64,000 nt of DNA, from positions 38,394,164-38,458,163 of the forward strand of contig NC_068992.1 in assembly GCF_001194135.2 (NCBI RefSeq). The letters are read 5' to 3'. Source of the DNA: Octopus bimaculoides (Eukaryota). Both the position numbers and the translations under genes were made by a program. Of the stretch, positions 63,661-64,000 are shown one piece after another (positions within the stretch are counted from its first letter, which is position 1; the number at the start of each line of letters is the position of its first letter). The notes below the pieces were generated by a model that had not been told where the DNA came from, did no database searches, and was given only the letters and a program-made list of their open reading frames with translations.

Positions 63661-64000
63661 CCAATTGTATTGGCTGGTCTTTGTCTCTCAGTGTAACTTT
63701 ATGAAAGCCCTTGTGGCCAATAAAAGAATTAATTATTATTTAGTGGCATTTCCTAATGGCCTGTACCTTCTTAGTTCAAACTCCACCAAGGTCAATGGAA
63801 TAAGCACCAGCTGAACCTTGGGGGTCAATGAAATCAACTAGCCCCACCACCGAATTTCAAGCCTTATGCCTATAGTAGAAAGGAATGTTGTTGTTGTGGT
63901 GGTTGTGTAAGTGATTTACAATGGATGAAAATGTTAGACTGCATTATATGATCAACATGACAACCAAGCTTGTGTGTGTGTGTGTGTTTGTACACTAACA

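Overview
AT-rich, microsatellite-laden eukaryotic draft scaffold with seven N gaps (7664-8197, 12785-13231, 18197-18215, 24761-24774, 25433-26057, 30778-30813, 32445-32609). The SINE/MITE repertoire looks like that of a coleoid cephalopod, probably Octopus; this rests on my recognition of the repeats, not on a search. I could not identify any intact host protein-coding gene, so the window reads as a long intron or intergenic region. Most listed ORFs are artefacts of microsatellites, N runs or repeats. It is dominated by mobile DNA: the 3' end of a Helitron with the RepHel C-terminus, a decayed RTE LINE, Tx1/L1-like remnants, four SINE types in many copies, piggyBac-, hAT- and Tigger-like MITEs, and two Helentron-type (HINE) elements. 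The most striking observation is a set of long fold-back (palindromic) elements in or next to (TA)n/(AAT)n tracts that carry minimal type I hammerhead ribozyme motifs of the Penelope-like element (PLE) type. Three unrelated sequence families occur (about 11.6-11.9, 20.6-21.0 and 42.3-42.7 kb). The copy at 20.6-21.0 kb has an apparently intact hammerhead on each strand. A CpG-rich zone (about 52-56 kb) with a strongly bounded 35-nt minus-strand exon candidate, plus a few weaker exon candidates, may mark a host gene I cannot name.
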